Source: Malacoraja senta
Lineage: Eukaryota
Direction: 5' to 3'
Assembly (NCBI GenBank): GCA_038087875.1
Contig: CM075989.1
Coordinates: 19,160,001-19,224,000 of the forward strand
DNA length: 64,000 nt
The position numbers were made by a program, and so were the translations under genes. Under the pieces are notes generated by a model, which saw nothing but the letters and a program-made list of their open reading frames with translations, did no database searches and was not told the origin of the DNA. Shown here one piece after another: positions 59,001 through 64,000 of this stretch (its first letter is position 1; each line of letters opens with the position of its first letter).

Positions 59001-62000
59001 AACAAACTACGTACATATATACATGTAGCCCTCTCACAGGACGTCAGGAAAGGCTTGGGAGTATAGATAAGTCTTTAGTCTTGACTTAAAAGAGTCGATG
59101 GAGGGGGCAGTTCTGATGGGAAAGGGGATGCTGTTCCACAGTCTAGGGGCTGCAACCGCAAAGGCGCGGTCGCCCCAGAACTTATACCTAGACCGCGGGA
59201 TGTTCAGTAACCCCAAGTCGGCCGATCTGAGGGGCCTGGAGGTGGAATGATGGGTGAGAAGACTTTTTATGTAGGTGGGGGCAAGCCCATTGAGGGCTTT
59301 GTAGACATGGAGGAGGATCTTGAAGTTTATACAGGGACTTGAACCAGCGTTACCTCTCATTTCTCTCCTTTGATTTTGCAGGCACATTTCTAGACCTTGT
59401 TTCTTCAGTTCAAGTGTTGTGATATCCCCTTTCAGTTTGGGGATTATCTGTGGATAGATGAGTCACCTGTTAATTCATGTACAGATCTGATGGTCAGTCG
59501 TTGCCAGGTGTAAGTTGGCAACTGGGCCTGTAGTTACTGACATGTGTATTGAACGGTATGGCGTATTCTTTAATCACATCTGATGGGGAACAGCTCACTC
59601 TCGTCACCGTTTGACACTTGTTTCTGCCTTGTTTCATGGTAACGGTGTTCTTACACTAGGTGGAGACAAAAGGAACCTCCTTTGGCCATGTTGCTATGTA
59701 GGTCATAAGGGATAGGAGTAGAATTAGGTCATTCGGCCCATCAAGTCTACTCCGCCATTCAATCATGGCTGATCTATCTCTCCTAACTGCATTCTCCTGC
59801 CTTTTCCCCATAACCTCTGACACCCGTACTAATCAAAAATCTATCTATCTCTGGATAGAAGGTGGGCCTTCTGGCCTCCATGTTATGCAAGATGTCTCTC
59901 CTGGTTTATATTTTGTTGACCAAGACTCCCATATCCCTTCAAGTCACGATCATACAGCACAGAAACAGGCCTTCCTGCCCAACTTATCCCATTTGCCTGC
60001 GTTAGGCCCCTATCTATCTAAACCTTTCCTATCCACACACCTGAACAAATGTATTTTAAATGTTGTTATAGTATCTGCTCATCTCCTTCCTCTGCCATCT
60101 CACCTTAAACCTATGCCCTCTAGTCTTTGAAACCCCTATCCTGTTCATTAACCCTATCTATTCTACTCATGATTTTATCCACCTCTATAAAGATCACCCC
60201 TCAGCCTCCTGCGCTCCAAGGAATAGAGTCCTGGCCTGCACAACATCTCCCTATAGCTCAGGCCCTTGACTCCTGGTAACATCCTCGTAAATCTTCTCTG
60301 TACCCTTTCCAGCGCGGGGGCAATTTCCCTACGGCAGGGTGACCAAAATTGAACACAATACACCAAGTTGGCCTCTAGAACATCTTGTACAACTGTAAAA
60401 TAACATCCCAACTCGCGTCTGAAGAAGGGCCTCGATCCGAAATGTTGCCTATTCCTTCGCTCCATAGATGCTGCCTCACCCGCTGAGTTTCTCCAGCGTT
60501 TTTGTCTACCTCCCAACTCCTCTACTCAGTTATCTGACTGTTTAAGGCCAGCGGGCCAAACACCTCTTCATTGACCAACCCAGCTGTGACTCCACTATCA
60601 GCGAACTATGTACTTGTATTCCTAGATCCCTCAGCTCTACAACGCTCCAAATCCATGAGTAAATTCAGGAGCTTCAGCCCTTCTCCCCTTCTCGCCGATC
60701 ATGTAGTATCCTCCTGCATTATTCTGGTGGCCATGGTGATTGTCGCTTTAATGAAGAAGGGTCTCGACCCGAAACGTCACCCGTTCCTTCTCTCCAGAGA
60801 CGCTGCCTGTCCCGCCGAGTTACTCCAGCATTTTGTGTCTATCTTCGATTTAAACCCGCAGCTGCAGTTCTTTCCTACACATTTGGCCGTCTGTCATTGT
60901 TGCTCTGAATCCATGAGGAACCTGCATCAGCACACCGCTTCTGGAGCAAAGATCCCCAGTGCTTTTTTAGTTTTCAAGTTACAGTGTGGAAACAGGCTCG
61001 TCATCCCACCGAACCTGCGCCGACCAGGGATCCCCTCCCCCCCCCACCACCACACACACAAACTCTATCCTACAGACTAGCGACAATTCACAAAAGCCAA
61101 TTAGCCTCCAAGGCTGCCGCTTCGGAATATGGGAGGAAACCGGAGCGCCAGGAGAGAACTCACACGTTTACAGGGAGAACGTACAAACTCCACACCGACA
61201 GCACCTACAGACAGGATCGAACCCGGGTCTCTGGCGCTACAAGGCAGCGACTACCGCTGCGCCACAGTGCCACCCAGTGGGTGAACATTCTAGTTCAGTT
61301 CAGCTCCCAAATTGATTCAAAGACATGGAGTGTTGCAGGGTCGAGGTATCTAGGAGTACACGTGCATTGTTCCCTAAAGCTGTACAGAATTTGGGTTAAT
61401 TTACCAATAGTTTATAGTGTTTAGTCTAGAGATACAGCGCGGAAACAGGCCCTTCGGCCCACTGAGTCTGCTGCGACCAACAGTCCCCGCACATGAACAC
61501 TATCCTACAAACACTAGGGACAATTTTACATTGATACCAAGTCAATTAACCTAAAAACCTCCACGTCTTTGGAGCTTGGGAGGAAACCAAAGATCTTGGA
61601 GAAAAGCCACGCAGGTCATGGGGAGAACGTGCAAACTCCGCACGAACAAGCAGCCGTAGTCAAGATCGAACCTTACTTGCAGATGGATATTACTTGGCAA
61701 TAGTGCTAATACAACAATATTTTCGAGGATCCAATCCAATTTTCAGGCCAAGGTCCTGTTGTACATACCAGCGCTTCGTTAGTCAGTACTGCCAGTTCCT
61801 TCCGTAGATCCTCGTTTGCTAAATACTCCTCGTGGACCTGCTCCTGCAGTTGGACTCGTTCCTCTCGGAGATGCTTCACTTCATCATTCAGCGCCTCAAT
61901 TTGATTCTCATAGTCCTCCTTCTGGATCTGAAAATTGTTCTCCGATTTCCTAAAGGGAACAGAGGAGGAAAGAGCAGGATTAGCCTTGTCCACAGTTGTA

Positions 62001-64000
62001 AGCAAATCTCTTTCTCATGTAATGTAGACACAAAATGCTGGAGTAACTCAGCGGGACAGGCAGCATCTCTGGATAGAAGGAATGGGTGACGTTTCGGGTC
62101 GAGACCCTTCCACAGTTTGAAGAAGGTCTCGAGCGAAACGTCACCCGTTCCTTCTCTCCAGAGATGCTGCCTGTCCCGCTGAGTTACTCCAGCATTTTGT
62201 GCCTATCTTCGGTGTAAACCAGCATCTGCAGTTCCTTCCTACATATACCCCTTACTGGAGTACATTGTAGATCATTGAAAGTTACATTAGTCAAGTCAAG
62301 AGTGTTTTTTTTAAATTTTTTTATTAGAAGTACAATTGTATACAATCATATTTTCATAATACATTTTATGTACAGTTTCTTATTTTTTTTAATTTTGTAA
62401 TAAAGAAGAAAAAGAAAAAGAAATTAGATAATGAAGAATAAAAAAATGTGAGATATATAGTGTGTGAAAAAGAAAAATAGAGAGTGAAAGAAGAAAGTTA
62501 AGAAATAGAAAATAGAAGAAAAAGAGTAAAAGAAGAAAAGAGAAGAAAAAGAAAAGAGAAGTAAGGAGATCGTGTTTAATAATAATAATAATGTATGAAG
62601 AGTTATGAAGATATTGCTGGTGCACATGTAGTTTATTTCTATCACCAAATCTTTAAGAACCTCAACTTTCTTTGAAATTCTCCTCAAGGTCCACTTTTTT
62701 AACCTAAGCTTTCATCAAGTATAATTTTCTTTAGTCCAATGTCTGCTTGTCTTTTTAAATTATAATTCTGATAATTCTTTTATCTTTTAAAGGCGCTACG
62801 TAAGTGTAAAAAGTTGCTATTATTGTTTTGTAGTATTTAACCTATTGTATTAATTTCTTGTTGGTTGCACTTTGTGTCTATTCTTGTAAAACAGCATCTG
62901 CAGTTCCTTGTTTCTACTGTACCTTCTTTGATGCTCGTCCCTTTCCAAATTGTCAAGATGCATCTGTGTAATTTGATCCACTTTGTCTGTAAAAAAAATA
63001 GAAATGATCAAATATGCATTGTGTAGTGGTTATAGAACTGGCTCGGTTCCAATCATCAGTTTCATTAATCAGTGTTAACAACATTGAGGATTCAATGTTA
63101 CAGCAGGGACTTGATCAAAATGGGTGCACCGATTTGCTTTCGTTTTCTCATCTGAGAGTAAATTCTGGATGAAGGTCTCACTTCAAGATCTCCTCCAGAA
63201 TCCTGTCTCACTGGAGCGTCATTTGCGTGTCACGCAGATGGCGCGCAAAGATTTTGTACATCCCAAAATCCTGGGGCGGCGGGCGTGTCACTGCCTACGT
63301 CACCACGCACCATGTAATGCACACCATGCGCGCGTCGTGACACGTAAATGATGTCGCGTAAATCACGCACAAATGACGCCCCAGTGGGACAGGCCCTTAA
63401 GTCTCCTCGGTCGCGCTAACTGCACTGTCAGAGGTGATGTTCAAAATGGTTGGTATCTATGTGCAGGTATGCACTCTTTACGCACCCTTCAGTTTACTTT
63501 ATTTTAGAGATACATTGTGGAAACTGGCTCTTTGGCCCACCGAGTCCTCGCCGACCAGTGATCTCCGCACGATAACACTATCCTACACACACTAGGGACA
63601 ATTTACAATTTTACCGAAGCCAATTAACCTACAAACTTGTATGTCTGGGAGTGTGGGAGGAAACCGGAGATCCCAGAGAAAACCCACACAGGTCACGGGG
63701 AGAACGTACAAACTCCGCACCCGTAGTCAGGATTGAACCTGGGACCCTGGCAATGTAAGGCAGCAACTCTACCGCTGTGCCACCGTGACTCCGTTTGGGG
63801 AGATTACCACCGTTTTTCTTCACGCCCAAAGACAGACAGAAGTCATCCAACACTTCTTGGCGGACCTAACACCTGGCGCCATTAATACTTGTGCACTAAC
63901 ATCTCTCGTGTTTGCCTTTCAAAATCTACTTCTGCAGAGAAAAACCATACCTTTCATTTCTTGGGTCTGATCTTGGTGTTGCTTCTTCAACTTCTCATTT
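43933..64000 (-). CDS. MYO5C: Unconventional myosin-Vc, partial spliced CDS (coiled-coil tail and start of globular tail), 15 exons visible
   Basis: Motifs [59 protein letters not shown] and [13 protein letters not shown] match myosin-Vc. The position upstream of GNB5 on the same strand matches known vertebrate synteny. Confidence 0.93.
44987..45076 (-). CDS. MYO5C: MYO5C exon (90 nt), [30 protein letters not shown]
   Basis: ttcgcag|AAT...GAG|gtaagg. Confidence 0.95.
45435..45936 (+). repeat. Compound G-rich minisatellite
   Basis: 16-17-nt GGGGG(G)ACACAGAGGGA units, then 17-nt GAGGGGGACAGAGAGGT units, then G-runs. Confidence 0.95.
46108..46262 (-). CDS. MYO5C: MYO5C exon (155 nt), (G)[51 protein letters not shown]
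   Basis: ctgttag|GG...AAG|gtagat. Confidence 0.95.
46685..47192 (+). mobile_element. CR1 LINE 3' fragment with an open ORF2 end
   Basis: [21 protein letters not shown]...[12 protein letters not shown]...RTRGHSL...LWNSLP (ORF 46651..47103). Confidence 0.9.
47260..47685. mobile_element. Tc1/mariner (pogo/Tigger)-like MITE
   Basis: 25-bp TIR CAGGTCCA(T/C)CACCGATTTTC(T/C)GGCA, TA on the right and TG on the left; a second partial copy starts at 53956. Confidence 0.75.
47967..48260 (+). mobile_element. tRNA-derived V-SINE (HE1-like), near full length
   Basis: tRNA-like head (GGCACAGCGGTAGAG...GGTTCCATCCC), central domain (TTCTCCCCGTGACCTGCG...CGGTTTCCTCCCACACTCCAAAGAC) and CR1-like tail (GGCCTGTTTCCGTGCTGTATCTCTAAAC). 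About 20 related copies in the window, e.g. 15300-15600-, 21497-21783-, 30047-30308+, 40975-41302-, 44538-44840-, 49162-49480+, 58397-58696-, 63502-63789-. Confidence 0.85.
48266..48373 (-). CDS. MYO5C: MYO5C exon (108 nt), (V)[35 protein letters not shown]
   Basis: ttccacag|TC...CTGG|gtaaag. Confidence 0.9.
49516..49603 (-). CDS. MYO5C: MYO5C exon (88 nt), [29 protein letters not shown]
   Basis: ttttgaag|GAT...AAAG|gtatgg. Confidence 0.92.
51261..51429 (-). CDS. MYO5C: MYO5C exon (169 nt), [16 protein letters not shown]...[10 protein letters not shown]
   Basis: atatag|A...TCG|gtgagt; ORF track 51207..51446. Confidence 0.88.
51630..52292 (+). mobile_element. L1-type LINE 3' end with poly(A)-rich tail
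   Basis: Translates (with a frameshift) [18 protein letters not shown]...[28 protein letters not shown], typical of a fish-type L1 ORF2 end; a second 3' UTR copy lies at 25218-25580. Confidence 0.7.
52913..52976 (-). CDS. MYO5C: MYO5C exon (64 nt), (E)[20 protein letters not shown](R)
   Basis: ttgcag|AG...CAAAGAAG|gtgtga. Confidence 0.9.
53146..53239 (-). CDS. MYO5C: MYO5C exon (94 nt), [31 protein letters not shown]
   Basis: catcag|GTT...AAAG|gtgact. Confidence 0.9.
54009..54140 (+). mobile_element. Monomeric Penelope-derived short element (132 bp) with 13-bp TSD, nested in a MITE
   Basis: CTCTTTCTGGATT at 53996-54008 and 54141-54153; the element starts 3 nt before the CTGAAGA core. Confidence 0.85.
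55781..55961 (-). CDS. MYO5C: MYO5C exon (181 nt), [20 protein letters not shown]...MTRLANDNM
   Basis: ttacacag|A...ATG|gtgcgt; ORF track 55772..55984. Confidence 0.92.
57250..57330 (-). CDS. MYO5C: MYO5C exon (81 nt), [26 protein letters not shown](R)
   Basis: ttgaag|G...AGCAG|gtaata; myosin-V NEDGEL.AYEGLK motif. Confidence 0.92.
57548..57950 (+). mobile_element. Penelope-like element 3' fragment
   Basis: Same GIY-YIG C-terminal remnant and terminal repeat; more decayed minus-strand copies at ~2250-3010 and ~23740-24290. Confidence 0.8.
58318..58381 (-). CDS. MYO5C: MYO5C exon (64 nt), (E)[20 protein letters not shown](R)
   Basis: tttcacag|AA...AAGAG|gtaaac. Confidence 0.88.
58909..59330 (-). 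mobile_element. L2-type LINE 3' fragment
   Basis: [19 protein letters not shown]...LRS...[17 protein letters not shown]...[10 protein letters not shown], then AATAAA and a (TTGAC)n tail; shorter copies at 20741-20957 (-) and 38033-38226 (+). Confidence 0.88.
59354..59447 (-). CDS. MYO5C: MYO5C exon (94 nt), [31 protein letters not shown]
   Basis: ccacag|ATA...AGAG|gtaacg. Confidence 0.88.
61769..61949 (-). CDS. MYO5C: MYO5C exon (181 nt), [20 protein letters not shown]...LAVLTNEAL
   Basis: ccctttag|G...CTG|gtatgt; ORF track 61706..62005. Confidence 0.9.
62923..62986 (-). CDS. MYO5C: MYO5C exon (64 nt), (D)[20 protein letters not shown](R)
   Basis: ttttacag|AC...CAAAGAAG|gtacag. Confidence 0.88.
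63200..63398. mobile_element. PIF/Harbinger-like MITE with decayed left end
   Basis: CCTGTCTCACTGGAGCGTCATTTGCGTG ... GCACAAATGACGCCCCAGTGGGACAGGCCCT-TAA. Confidence 0.7.
63951..64000 (-). CDS. MYO5C: MYO5C exon, runs off window: ...[16 protein letters not shown]
   Basis: ATGAAAG|gtatgg donor; phase 1 fits the next exon. Confidence 0.8.

Overview
Repeat-dense vertebrate genomic DNA, most likely a cartilaginous fish (skate/ray-like, inferred from HE1-type V-SINEs, CR1, Rex1 and Penelope repeats). Two multi-exon genes lie on the minus strand in the conserved order MYO5C then GNB5. I traced 15 tail-coding exons of myosin-Vc (43933 to beyond 64000) and 10 coding exons of G-protein beta-5 (1641-34816, with 3' UTR to about 500). 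All have GT-AG boundaries. A 200-N gap (42744-42943) probably hides the last MYO5C exons and the first GNB5 exon(s). Main observations: (1) a dispersed family of Penelope-derived elements carries a minimal hammerhead-ribozyme motif, often as fold-back palindromes with 13-15 bp target-site duplications, and intact cores lie mostly antisense to the host genes; (2) the MYO5C coiled-coil tail is built from a triplicated exon cassette (64/181/94 nt, same phases); (3) one GNB5 exon has a 1-nt frameshift, probably an assembly error; (4) a non-coding repeat family shares 3' tails with two different Rex1 LINEs; (5) a MYO5C exon reads in frame into an L2 ORF2 fragment that has its own polyA signal. All calls were read by eye; no database searches were run.
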